Shown: one piece after another, positions 50,520 to 61,712 of the stretch
How the letters are laid out: every line of letters starts with the position of its first letter
Numbering within the stretch: position 1 is the first letter of the stretch
Assembly (NCBI RefSeq): GCF_018350175.1
Contig: NC_058373.1
Coordinates: 116,624,001 to 116,688,000 of the forward strand
Reading direction: 5' to 3'
DNA length: 64,000 nt
Source of the DNA: Felis catus
Lineage: Eukaryota
Notes under the pieces: model-generated
Told to the model about the DNA's origin: nothing
What the model saw: the letters and a program-made list of their open reading frames with translations, nothing else
Database searches by the model: none
Position numbers and translations under genes: made by a program

Positions 50520-51305
50520 AAAAGTATCCCACAGTTGTAAACTATCATACCTATGTACAGTTCTGTAAATTTTAATACCTATTTATATTCCTGTAAGTTC
50601 TACCACAGTCAGAATGCAGAACAGTTTCATAAGCGCCCCCCCCCCCCAACTTCCTTTTGCTGTCCCTTTATAGTTCCCTCTTCTCCCACCCATATCCCCT
50701 GGCAATTACTGATCTATAGTCATTCTTGTCATTTTGTCTTTTTGAGGATGCCACTTTACTTAAGGAATCACGTCATCGTATAAATAGAGTCGTTCCGGTG
50801 TTTAACCCTCTGAGACTGACTTGCTTCATTTAGCACCTCTTTGCCTTCGAGATTCATTTGAGTTGTTGTGTCTGTCAGTAGTTTGTTCCTGTTTATTGCT
50901 GCGTCTTCCATTGTGTGGATGCACCAGTGTGTTTTACGTTCACCCCTTGAGGGACACTTGGGCTGTTTTCAGTTTGGGTGATTTATGAGTAGAGGTGCTA
51001 TGAACATTTGTGTTGAGGTTTTTTATGAGTGGAAGTTTTCACTTCTCTTAGGGAGATAACCCAGGTGTGTGATTTCTGGGTCTCAGGCTAAGTGTATGTT
51101 GAACTTTGTAAGAAACTGCCGGACGGTTTTTAACAGTGGTTGTTATCATTTTGCATTTCCACCAGCAATGTTTGAGAGTTCCACTTGGTTCCTGTCCTCG
51201 CCACTACTTGGTGTTGCCAGTATTTTTTATTTTAGCCATTCTAGTGGGTGTGTAGCAGTTTTAATTTGCCTTTCCCTAGTGGTGAATGATGCTTTAAATT
51301 TTCTA
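50520..51305 (-). mobile_element. Old L1 (L1MC/MD-like) 3' end
   Basis: tgtacagttctgtaaattttaatac...cccctggcaattactgatct...ttgcatttccaccagcaatg...tttagccattctagtggg. Confidence 0.85.
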
Positions 51306-51334
51306 TATTAACCATTTCTGAGAACAATGATTTT

Positions 51335-51561
51335 TTTTTTCCTTTTTTTCTTTTTTCAACGTTTTTATTTATTTTTGGGACAGAGAGAGACAGAGCATGA
51401 ACGGGGGAGGGGCAGAGAGAGAGGGAGACACAGAATCGGAAACAGGCTCCAGGCTCTGAGCCATCAGCCCAGAGCCTGACGCGGGGCTCGAACTCACGGA
51501 CCGCGAGATCCTGACCTGGCTGAAGTCGGACGCTTAACCGACTGCGCCACCCGGGCGCCCC
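51335..51561 (-). mobile_element. Young felid SINE (SINEC_Fc-type)
   Basis: Diagnostic sequence; perfect TSD gagaacaatgatttt. Confidence 0.97.
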
Positions 51562-51863
51562 GAGAACAATGATTTTAAGTACACTGAATATAATCTCTTC
51601 TTGATAACAGAGGTGATTATTATGAGCTACATTTATTATGTAGGTTTGGAATTACCAGGAAGCTTTTGGGGCTACTGTGTGTTGTTAGGCTGCTTATGTC
51701 TCTTTCAAGCTTTACTTTTCTGCCGTATGCCTGATTCTGGCTGCTGTCCCACTTCCTGTCCCCCTTCTGGTTTATTGCTTTTATGAAATAAGCATGAATA
51801 AGCCCGTTAGAATTGTGTTTGAAAAAGAATAGTGAAGTGCCTGTCTAAATGCTATAGGAGCTC

Positions 51864-52043
51864 AGGGCACTAGGTGGCTCAGTCGGTTGAGTGTCTGACT
51901 TTGGCTCAGGTCATGATCTCAGGGTTTGGTTCGTGAGTTCGAGCCCCACATAGGGCTCTCTGCTGTCAATGCAGAGCCTGCTTCAGATCCTCTGCTTCTC
52001 CCCGGCTTGGACTCTCTCAAAAAGAAAAAATAAAACAGTAAAA
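51864..52043 (+). mobile_element. CanSINE
   Basis: 18-bp TSD taaatgcta(t/c)aggagctc. Confidence 0.94.
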
Positions 52044-52554
52044 TAAATGCTACAGGAGCTCTTTTCCAGGTGAAGTTCCTAAACTCGGTAACATCTGTTT
52101 CTCAGTGCTTCTTAACTGGGGCCATGAAATTGATGAGAGGTATGTGAGTGTGAATGCATGTGCATTAAGCATTGAACAAACAATATATATTCTGCTCTTT
52201 TTCAGAAGCAATGTGGGTGCAGCTGCGCAACCTTGGATTCATTATAATAGTTCTCTGTTTTTCAGTGTTTTTCCGCCTCTTTTGCTTCTTTCCTTTTTCT
52301 TGGCCATTGTGGGGTGAGTGGAAGTTGTCATATGGAACCTTCCTGATAAGTGAGATATTTCTGTTTATCGCTAGCCAGGACAGAATGAAGTGTTTTTTGT
52401 GTTTGTGTTTTTGTTTTTTATAATTCAGTTTAGTTTAGTTTTTTTAGTTAGGGTACTTGTTGGGGTTTTTGTTTGTTTGTTTTGTTTTTTCAATGTTAGG
52501 ATACTTGTGGGCTCTTTGGCTTCTTCAAATGAGAGGGCCTATATGAGTTATTAA

Positions 52555-52788
52555 AAAAAATTTTTTTAATGTTTATTTTTGAGAGAGAGAGAGAGGGAGG
52601 GAGAGTGAGAGAGATACAGAATGTGAGCAGGGGAGGGGCAGAGAGAGACACACACACACAGAACCCAAGCAGGCTCCAGGCTCTGAGCTGTCAGCACAGA
52701 GCCCGATGTGGGGCTCAAACTCACAAACTGCAAGATCATGACCTGAGCCGAAGTTGGATGCTTACCTGACTGAGCCACCTAGGTGCTT
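52555..52788 (-). mobile_element. CanSINE
   Basis: TSD ctat(a/g)tgagttatta. Confidence 0.95.
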
Positions 52789-53764
52789 CTATGTGAGTTA
52801 TTATTAACACCAATGTCAACTCAACTAAAGAGAGACAAGAAAAAGTATATTCTTCAAGTCATTGTTGCAGAAATGAAATTTTAAATCATGGGTACAGGGT
52901 TGATTTTTTTTCCCTCATATTCATCATGTCATTTTTGATGCATTTGTTATAAATAAACTCTATTAGTGACTTGGTGGTTTAATACATAAATTATAAAACT
53001 AGACAAGGAAACGGTTCCTATGTGGGTAATTTTTATAAACAGCAACGTCTGCTTGTGTGCTCTCGATCAGATTCTTACCTAAGTCTATAACGTACTTTGC
53101 TGCTTTGCATGCCTCATACTGTCAAGCAAGTTCTTGTTCAAAGAATGTGTAATTATATCATAATATGATAATTTGTTATGCAGAGATCATGTCTTAAATT
53201 ATCAATCTAACAGCTTTATTTTCCTCAGTTATTTTTGGTTCTCATTTCAGGATGTGAAGTGAGATGGTAATTCCTTTATGTTAACTGAAATTATCTAAGT
53301 TAAAGTACAAGAAAAAGGTTGCTGATGATCAGCACCCTAATTTCAGTTATGAAATATGCAGGGATGTAATGTTTTCAGGGCCCTTTTTATCACATTTACT
53401 TAGATTCCCAAATTTCTTCATGATACCCAAGTAAAACTTATCTTTAAGAACCATCGTTCAAAATTATTTGAGAGTAGAAATTTAAAATAATTGTTCCTGA
53501 CCGGGATGGAGATCATTAGTATGGGATGTACCCCACCAGAAAGCAGGGATACATTTCCTAATCACTTCACATTAGAATGACCTGGAAGATTTTTTTTTTT
53601 TAATTGAGCCATTCTGTATACTTAGTTTGTTAGAAATTAAAATCTTTGTATAAACTCGTTTAAAGTGATTAACTTTTGGTTAGGAACATGCCAGTATATT
53701 AATTTAAAGTCTAACTGTTCCTATTTTTACATTTGGGGAGAAGTATTTGAATTCCATTGAGATT

Positions 53765-54825
53765 AACCATAAAGGAAGAGATTGATAAATTGAACTACAT
53801 TAAAGTTATGAATTTCTCGGGCCACCAGGGTGGCTCAGTCGATTAAGCATCTGACTCTTGATTTTGGCTCAGGTCACGATCTCATCTCATGGTTTGTGAA
53901 TTTGAACCCCCCATGGGCTCTGACAAGTGTGGAGCCTGCTTGGGATTCTTTCTCCCTCTGTCTCTGCCCCTCCCCTGCTCACTCTCTCTCTCTGTCTCCG
54001 AAAAATAAACATTTTGGTAAAAATTAAGGATTTCTCTTCATCAAGAAACATTCTTAAGAGAATGAAAAAACAAGCCACACAGTAGGAGAAGATGTTTGCC
54101 GCATATATGTATATATGCCAGGCCCTCCATTCCCTCCTACCCTCCCCCAGCCAAAGACGGAAGACTGTGAACGGACCGTTCACAAAAGCAGTCACTTGGC
54201 AACAGGCCTTCTAAAAGGCTCTCAACATCAGAGAGAAAAGAAGACTAAAACCATCCTGACATGCTGTATTCTTGCAAGGATGACACGTGCAAGAGTCTGA
54301 GCATTGCAAGTGTGGACCAGCTGCAAAGTACACACATTTCCAGTGGGAGCCCCGGGGGATGCAGTCTTTGCTCCAGCATTCCCCCAGCCGGCAGCATTTG
54401 TACTAATGCCAAACTGGAAAAAACGAAAGTGTTCTCAGTAGTAAATGGGGAAATATGCTGTGGTGAGTTCCTCTAGTAGTACTAAGGCTTCCTGGGACAA
54501 CATAGATGGACTTCACAGGGTCGAGTGAAAGAAGCCGGCATGCTCCTTGACCTGATTTAAATGAAGTGCCTTCCCACCTTGTACTTTGCTTGAGCCATAA
54601 AGCAGCCGGTTCACAAATAGGTAGAAGCAGTCTACGGTACTAGAAGTCACAATGGTTGCTGGTTCTGGATGTTACTGATGACATGTAAGGGGGGGCCTCT
54701 GAGGTGTGAGGAATTCTCTTTCTTGATTGAATAGTAGTTACATTAGGTGGGTTCACTTTGTGAAAATCCTGGCAGGTGTACACTGACATGCTTAAGTGTA
54801 TATTTCAATTTTTGTAAAGGTTTAC
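53765..54825 (+). mobile_element. Ancient L1 (L1ME-like) late ORF2/3' UTR, interrupted by a SINE
   Basis: aaaggaagagattgataaattgaactacattaaag...aatgaaaaaacaagccacacagtaggagaagatgtttgc...ggtgggttcactttgtgaaaatc. Confidence 0.75.
53819..54020 (+). mobile_element. CanSINE
   Basis: Head, body and tail present; flanks aagttatgaatttctc / aaattaaggatttctc. Confidence 0.92.
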
Positions 54826-54949
54826 CTTTAAAAATCCATTTTTTCCGTCTTTCATCTGCATATTGCATTCTGACGTGGAAATGGTAATTAGAATTCTTCG
54901 GTGTTAGCCATAATTGTTCATAAAAACCTTCTTTCCTTCAAGGACTGAT

Positions 54950-55669
54950 GCTTTTATTTGGCCATTTTTCTTTGGGCCATATTTCTTTGGGTTCCTGGAC
55001 CCAACTTCACTGGGAGGGGAGTGGTTCCCCACACCACCGAGCAATTCCGTGGACATTAACTGGGTGTCCTGCAGTATCATTCTGATACCTGTATACCCAC
55101 AGGAGGTGGATTGGGTTGATTAATTTGCTGCAGTGGCTCACAGAACTCTGGAAACCCCGCTTACTAACTAGATTACCCATTTATTACAAAGAATAGTAAA
55201 GGACACGAATCATCAGATGAGGAGACGCTGAGGGTGAGGCACGGGGACCCGGCGTGGGGCTTCCATGGCTCCACCCATGCCACTCTCCCACCACTCCCTG
55301 TGCTCACCAACCCAGAAGCTCTCCAGACTCCATCCTCTGGATTGTTACAGGCACTTCATTACGTAGGCCTGATGGATTGTCATTTGTCATTCTCTTTCTT
55401 GCCCCTCTCCCCTCCCTGGAGGTTGTGGGGTGGGACTGAAAGTTCCAATCCTAATGACTTGGTTGGCTCCGTTGGCAACCAACCAGTAACATAACATTAA
55501 AATAATATGGAGACACCCTTAAGCTCTTAGCACTTAAGAAATTCCAAGGATTTGGGGAGCAGTGAGTCAAGAACCTTGGAAAAAGACCAAAAATGTATGA
55601 GAAATGCGTATTTGGTTATCTGAGTGATCAAATATATATTTCTTATTTCTTATAAATCACAGTATTGCA
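54950..55669 (-). mobile_element. MER21-like LTR
   Basis: taatttgctgcagtggctcacagaactc...gctcaccaacccagaagctctcc...gtgggactgaaagttccaa...gaaattccaagga...caaatatatatttctt...atcacagtattgca. Confidence 0.8.
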
Positions 55670-56090
55670 CTATTATAAGGATTTATGTAAAGTGTGAATA
55701 TTTTAAACATCTCAGAAAGAAAATTTCTTGGCTGTTAAGTTAGGAATAAACTATAGTGGGTTTATTAAATATGAAAACCTGTCAATGTTTAAAAAATGTT
55801 ACAGAGAACTAAAATGAGGTGCTGAGAAGTTCTTATTACTAGTGATCCTGTTAGTCCAGAGAGAATATTTTTAACTTGCAATAATGCAGATCTAGTTATG
55901 GTCTAATAGGCTCATTAATTAATATAATTTTATCATCTTTGTGTTCTCATGAAACTCCTGTAGCACTTACCATTTCTGTCCTGTGTTAAAGTTATTTATA
56001 TTTCTTTCTACTGTGTATTCTAATTTTCTAGAGGGCAGCAACTGTTTATTTCTTCTGACATAACACATTACTTATATTAAATAATAATCA

Positions 56091-56285
56091 GGGGTGCCTG
56101 GTTGGCTCAGTCAGTTAAGTATTTGACTTTGGCTCAGGTCATGATCTCATGGTTCATGGGTTTGAGCCCGGTATCAGGCTCTGTGCTGACAGCTCAGAGC
56201 CTGGAGCCTACTTCGGATTCTGTGTCTCCTTCTGTCTCTGCCCCTCTCTCTCTCAAAAATAAACAAACATAAAAAAATTAAATAA
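56091..56285 (+). mobile_element. CanSINE
   Basis: Full SINE; flanks share ataatca. Confidence 0.95.
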
Positions 56286-56676
56286 TCAAAAAATGCTTTT
56301 TTTAAAAGCATAAAAACAAATTAGCAAGTAAAAAAGAAAATGAAAAAGTCTTTAATTTTATAGAAGACAGTTGATAAAATCTTAAACATACTGAATTCTG
56401 CATATTCCCCTTTTATAGAGGACGAAATTAGCTGCAATTTCTTGCTTGATGATGTGATGATCATGTAACATCTGTTCTGGCTGATGGTCTTGAAATTTTG
56501 TAGCCATGATACCTGTGTCTCCATTGAAGAAATGTGCTTAGTCAGCATGATGAACTTGGTCTGAGTTTATCCTCAAATGGTGTAAAAAATATTTTTTAAA
56601 AATTGGAAGATCTGGAATTAATACATTTGATAGTGTAGAAAAGTGCTTTGTAAATTACCATAGTTATCTGTACTTA

Positions 56677-56892
56677 GGAGTCCCTGAGTGGCTCAGTTGG
56701 CTAAGTGGCCTACTCTTGATTTCATGGCTCAGGTCATGATCACATGTTTCCTGAGTTTGAGCCCTGCATCAGGCTCTGTGCTCATTGTGCTGAGCCCCGA
56801 TTCAGATCCTCGGTCTCCCTCTTTCTGGCTCTCTCCTGCTCACACTCTCTCTCTCTCTGTCTCAAAAATAAACATTTAAAAAATAAACATTA
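56677..56892 (+). mobile_element. CanSINE (older)
   Basis: Divergent head ggagtccctgagtggctcagttgg, body and tail. Confidence 0.92.
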
Positions 56893-57119
56893 GGGGCGCC
56901 TGGGTGGCACAGTTGGTTGAGCGTCCGACTTCAGCCAGGTCACGATCTCATGGTCCGTGAGTTCGAGCCCCGTGTCGGGCTCTGGGCTGATGGCTCAGAG
57001 CCTGGAGCCTGTTTCCGATTCTGTGTCTCCCTCTCTCTCTGCCCCTCCCCTGTTCATGCTCTGTCTCTCTCTGTCCCAAAAATAAATAAACGTTGAAAAA
57101 AAAATTTAAAAAGAAAAAT
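56893..57119 (+). mobile_element. Young felid SINE inserted in the tail of the previous SINE
   Basis: Diagnostic cttcagccagg and tgtcccaaaaataaataaacgttg; TSD aaataaacatta. Confidence 0.96.
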
Positions 57120-57588
57120 AAATAAACATTAGAAAAACATGGTTAATAATAGTTACACAGCTAGAGGGTCATGAAGGAGTTTTCTAGCTGGTACCTATTT
57201 TGGCATTGATGCTGAACCCATGTTTATATTCAGAATCACTTTAAAATATTTTATGAGACAGTCACTGGCCTAACATAAGTTGATTGTGCTGAAGAAACAT
57301 TTTAAGATGCTAATTTCATTGACTTGATTATCTTTTATGTTTCCAGTTGTATAAGCAGGGGTATAATAAATTTATTGGCTGGCAAGATTGATTTCCTTAT
57401 CTGTATAAAACATTAAAGAATTTGTGGTGCATGCCAGTTTGGAGTGGTTAATTGTTGTGATTATGGTAATTTCCAAAGGTGTTTAATGTTGTAAATGTTT
57501 CATTATGTATTTTTCTTTACCCTTTTTATTTCCAGACAAACCATTTGTTGAGGTTAAAACACCAATGAAATTGCCTGTAAAATGTGTT

Positions 57589-57592
<4 letters not shown>

Positions 57593-57625
<33 letters not shown>

Positions 57626-57646
57626 ACATACATATACACACACACA
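57593..57646. repeat. (TG)n followed by (CA/TA)n
   Basis: About 15 TG units then tacacatacatatacacacacaca. Confidence 0.95.
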
Positions 57647-57655
57647 GTTGATCTT

Positions 57656-57885
57656 TTTTTTTTTTTTTTAATTTTTATTTTTCAACGTTTATTTATTTTT
57701 GGGACAGAGAGAGACAGAGCATGAATGGGGGAGGGGCAGAGAGAGAGGGAGACACAGAATCGGAAACAGGCTCCAGGCTCTGAGCCATTAGCCCAGAGCC
57801 CAACGCGGGGCTCGAACTCACGGACCGCGAGATCGTGACCTGGCTGAAGTTGGACGCTTAACCGACTGCGCCACCCAGGCGCCCC
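57656..57885 (-). mobile_element. Young felid SINE (SINEC_Fc-type)
   Basis: Diagnostic sequence; TSD acagttgatcttt. Confidence 0.97.
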
Positions 57886-58109
57886 ACAGTTGATCTTTAA
57901 ATATAGCTCAGGGGTTGAGGTGCCCACCCCCCTATCAACTAAAACTCCATGTAGAACTTTTGACTACCTTAAAACTTAACTACTAATAGCCTACGGTTGA
58001 CTAGAAGCGTTAGTGATAACATAAACAGTCAAATAACACATATATTATATGTTATATGTATAGAAACTGTATTTTTACAACAGAGTAAGCTACAGAAAAA
58101 ATGTTATTT

Positions 58110-58312
58110 AAATTATTATTTTTTATACTTATTTTGATAGAGAGAGAGAGAGAGAGCACAGGGGAGGGGCAGAGAGAAAGGGAGAGAGAATCGCAAGTAA
58201 GCTCCATGTTGTCAGCACAGAGCCCCATGTGGGGCCCCAACTCACAAAGCTTGAGATCATGACCTGAAACCGAGAGTTGGATGCTTAACTGGCTGAGCCA
58301 CCCGGGTGCCCC
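58110..58312 (-). mobile_element. CanSINE (older)
   Basis: TSD ctacagaaaaaa(a)tgtt. Confidence 0.93.
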
Positions 58313-58569
58313 TACAGAAAAAAATGTTTTTGAGAAAATCATCAGGGAGGGCAGATACATTTACAATACTGTACTTTATTTATTGAAAAAATTCCATGTG
58401 TAAGTGGACCCATGCAGTTCAAACCCATGTTTTTTGAAGGTCAGCTATATATACTTATTTATTTTAGTAAACTCTTTATTTTGGAATAACTTTGGATTTA
58501 TAGAAAACTTGCAAAGATGTGAATGTGTACTTTAAAGTGCCCTGAGTGGTAGTTCCTTAATAAATATTT

Positions 58570-58603
58570 TTCTTTTTTTTTTTTTTAAGTTTATTTATTT
58601 ATC

Positions 58604-58641
<38 letters not shown>

Positions 58642-58816
58642 TACATGCACACAGTGGGGTGGGGGGGTGGTGGGTGCTGCAGAGAGAGAATTGCTAGCAA
58701 GGTCAGTGCTGTGAAGCCAGAGCCCTGTGCTGGGCTCAATCTCACAAACCTTGGGCTCTTGACCTGAGCTGAAACAAGAGTTGGATACTTAACTGACTGA
58801 GCCACCCAGGTGCCCC
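58570..58816 (-). mobile_element. CanSINE (older)
   Basis: SINE body with (AG)n tract. Confidence 0.9.
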
Positions 58817-58854
58817 ATTAATTAGTATTTCTGTTCAAAGTTTAATATTTTTGA

Positions 58855-58862
58855 TTTTTTTA

Positions 58863-58929
<67 letters not shown>

Positions 58930-59103
58930 GGTGCGTGCTCGAGTGGGGGAGGGGCAGAGAAAGAGGGGGAGACAGAATCTGAAGCAGGCTCCAGGCTCAG
59001 AGGTGTCAGCACCGAGCCTGATGTGGGCCTTGAACTCACAAACCGTGAGGAAATGACCTGAGCCAAAGTTAAATGTTAACCAACTGAGCCACCCAGGTGT
59101 CCC
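58855..59103 (-). mobile_element. CanSINE with (TG)n(AG)n compound repeat in the tail
   Basis: TSD aaagtttaatatttt. Confidence 0.94.
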
Positions 59104-59216
59104 AAAAGTTTAATATTTTAAATAAAAATGCCCTTGTATCAGATTTTTGTCCAATAGAAAAGTATTTTTGTTTTAAAGTATATTATGCTTACGTGAAAGT
59201 AGGCTGGTTTAGTCTT

Positions 59217-59425
59217 TTTTTTTTTTTTTCCTAATGTTTATTTATTTTTGAGAGACAGAGACAGGCAGAGCCTGAGCAGGGGAGGCAGAGGGAGACATAG
59301 AATAAAAGGCTCCTGGCTCTGAGCTGTCAGCACAGAGCCCAATGTGGGGCTCGAACCCATGAGCTGTGAGATCATGACCTGAGCTGAAATCGGACGTTCA
59401 ACTGACTGAGCCACCCAGGCACCCC
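59217..59425 (-). mobile_element. CanSINE
   Basis: TSD ctggtttagtctt. Confidence 0.94.
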
Positions 59426-59744
59426 TGGTTTAGTCTTAATTGCCACTTTTCCTCTGCTGTAAAATGACTATCACTTACATGGAGAGCTGTGAAGCATAAA
59501 TGTGTTGTATGTGTGATTTATGTTCTACATTTATGAGCATGAATAAGCTTTATTGAAGCAGGACCATGGAGATCATTTAATTATAGATAGAATCAGAAAT
59601 CTGCCTGGCCAAATGTTCACAGTTTTTTATTTTTATAAAATCAAGTAGTTTAAAATTGCATATGCCAAGATTTTATTTCCCTTTCCTTGCTTCTGTTGTA
59701 GTTCTGTAGTGACCTGAGAGAGGAGCCTGCAAGGACACAGGGAT

Positions 59745-59952
59745 ACCACGTTTTATTGAATTTAAGATCCTTCCAGTTTGTAAGACATACCATTATTTTT
59801 TTGTCTCATGTCGCATTCTCTTACATGTCACTAAGAAACCATAGCCTTTTATATGATGCAGTGCTAAGATGCCACTGATGTACAAGATACGTTGTGATTT
59901 CAGTGATGTCAAAAAGAAGAAAAATGTGAGTTTTAGATCTGTGCAAAACACA
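59745..59952. mobile_element. MER104/Kanga-like TcMar DNA transposon relic
   Basis: ttttattgaatttaagat...tgtaagacatacc and gatttcagtgatgtcaaaa...aaaaatgtgagttttaga resemble recalled MER104 ends. Confidence 0.5.
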
Positions 59953-61279
59953 CATCACTATGCCAACACAATTATTTTATTTGGGGTTTATCTCAGGACC
60001 TCTAGCTTTGATAGAAGTCAGTGTGAGAATCGTTTATTGTGTGGCTTGCTTTTATGCTCAGATCCTGTCGGAGGCATGTGCTAATGTGTCTCTCATTCTA
60101 AGAAGATATGAAACTTTTCATTGGAGTGTTCGCCTGTAAACAAGTTTGTGTGCTTTTCAGGGGCTGAAAATCAAAAGCCACGTTCTGCTCCGTGTCATTG
60201 GAGGCCTTGTGCCCTGTGGCCTCCAATAGCCATTTCTTCATGTTCCGTTTCTTCTGAAATTTCGATTCTTCTCTTTCCTGACTATTTACTCTTCTAGGTT
60301 GTAACCTAAAAAAAAAAAAAAAAAAACAAAAAACAAACAACTTTTCTCAAAAACCAAACAAAAAAACCCCACCCAACCACAAAACAAAACACAACTTTTC
60401 TCAGCCCTGATTCTTCCCCAGACTATCACCTTTCTTTCTTCTCCCAGATTGTCACCCCTTTCTTTCCCAGCATTGCCCAAGTCACAGCTCTTTGCTCATG
60501 TCAGTTATTTATTAATCAGTTCTCTGCATAAGATTTATGTCTCTGCTGTTTCGCTGAAACTGTAGGTCTCAGGTCCCTAGTAGCCGTCTGATTTTCTCCA
60601 GCTGGCAACCTCCTTTTATGCATTTGTTAAAACTCCTCTTTCCAGCTCTCTTACACTTAGCTCTCCTCAGCTCTCCCCTTGGCATGCTGGCTGCAGTTTT
60701 TGTCTCTGTGCCAATTTAATAATCCCATGGTACCAGATTTTCTTCCTATTTCATCTACTGTATTATTGCAAGAATACTGAAACATGAGAAAAAAATGCTC
60801 CATAAATCTATCACTCTAGTGTATTATTAATTATTTCCACATTTGGAATATTTCCCTCTTTGGCTTTACCTCGTTGTAGTCTTGGTGGGCATATTGTTTT
60901 ATTGTCCACCGCCACATGATATCAGCGATCTTCCCAGGGCCCACATGGTCTTCCTTATTGTTATATTGTAGTATAATTAATTAGAGATTACAGTGTTGAT
61001 GCACTTTAATTTTCTATATAGGGTTTCTGGTATTGGGACAGTCAACTGGTCTCCAGATTCTTTATGTGTGGTTTAAAAGACACTGTCGCAGAGTGTATAT
61101 TCATTCATGTAACTTGTTGCTTCTGTTGTATTATTGACATAAGATCCATTTCTAGGAGTGCCATTGGTGACCAGGGTTATGAGCATTTCACTAAAGAAGA
61201 CCTGTTCTTAAAGATTGTATCCCAATTCATAAGGCTGCACACAGGCTCACCCGTATCAAATATATAAGAATTACTTTCC

Positions 61280-61700
61280 GGGGTGCCTGGGTGGCTCAGT
61301 CAGTTAAGCTCTCTGCTGTCAGGGCAGAGCCCGCTTGGGATCCTCTGTCTCCCACTCTCCCTGCCCCCACTGCTTGCACTCTGTCTCTCTTTCTCTTTCT
61401 TTTTTTATTTTTTTTTAAATTTTTTTAAAAATTTTTTTTTCAACGTTTATTTATTTTTGGGACAGAGAGAGACAGAGCATGAACGGGGGAGGGGCAGAGA
61501 GAGAGGGAGACACAGAATCGGAAACAGGCTCCAGGCTCTGAGCCATCAGCCCAGAGCCTGATGCGGGGCTCGAACTCATGGACCTCAAGATCGTGACCTG
61601 GCTGAAGTTGGACTCTTAACCGACTGCGCCACCCAGGCGCCCCTCCCTCTTTCTCTTTCAAACGTAAATAAACATTAAAAAAAAAGTTTTTTAAAAAAGA
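61280..61700 (+). mobile_element. CanSINE with internal deletion, split by an inverted young SINE
   Basis: Head jumps from cagttaagc to tctctgctgtc; tail resumes at 61644; flanks aagaattactttcc / aagattattttcc. Confidence 0.85.
61400..61643 (-). mobile_element. Young felid SINE (SINEC_Fc-type), nested
   Basis: Diagnostic sequence; TSD tc(t/c)ctctttctctttc. Confidence 0.96.
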
Positions 61701-61712
61701 TTATTTTCCTCA

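Larger units (their letters stand above)
57645..58447. mobile_element. Tigger2-derived DNA transposon relic (Tigger2a/MER8-like), interrupted by two SINEs
   Basis: Degenerate TIRs cagttgatcttt / gaaggtcagcta; internal aacttttgactacc..aaaacttaactactaatagcctac and taagtggacccatgcagttcaaaccc. Confidence 0.85.

Noticed and set aside
56454..56564. GTGATGA...CTGA...ATGATGA...CTGA as a C/D box snoRNA
   Set aside because: Box order is suggestive, but the terminal stem is weak, the second C-like box is only 7 nt from the last CTGA and no guide target is recognisable; a snoscan or Infernal hit would be needed to revive it
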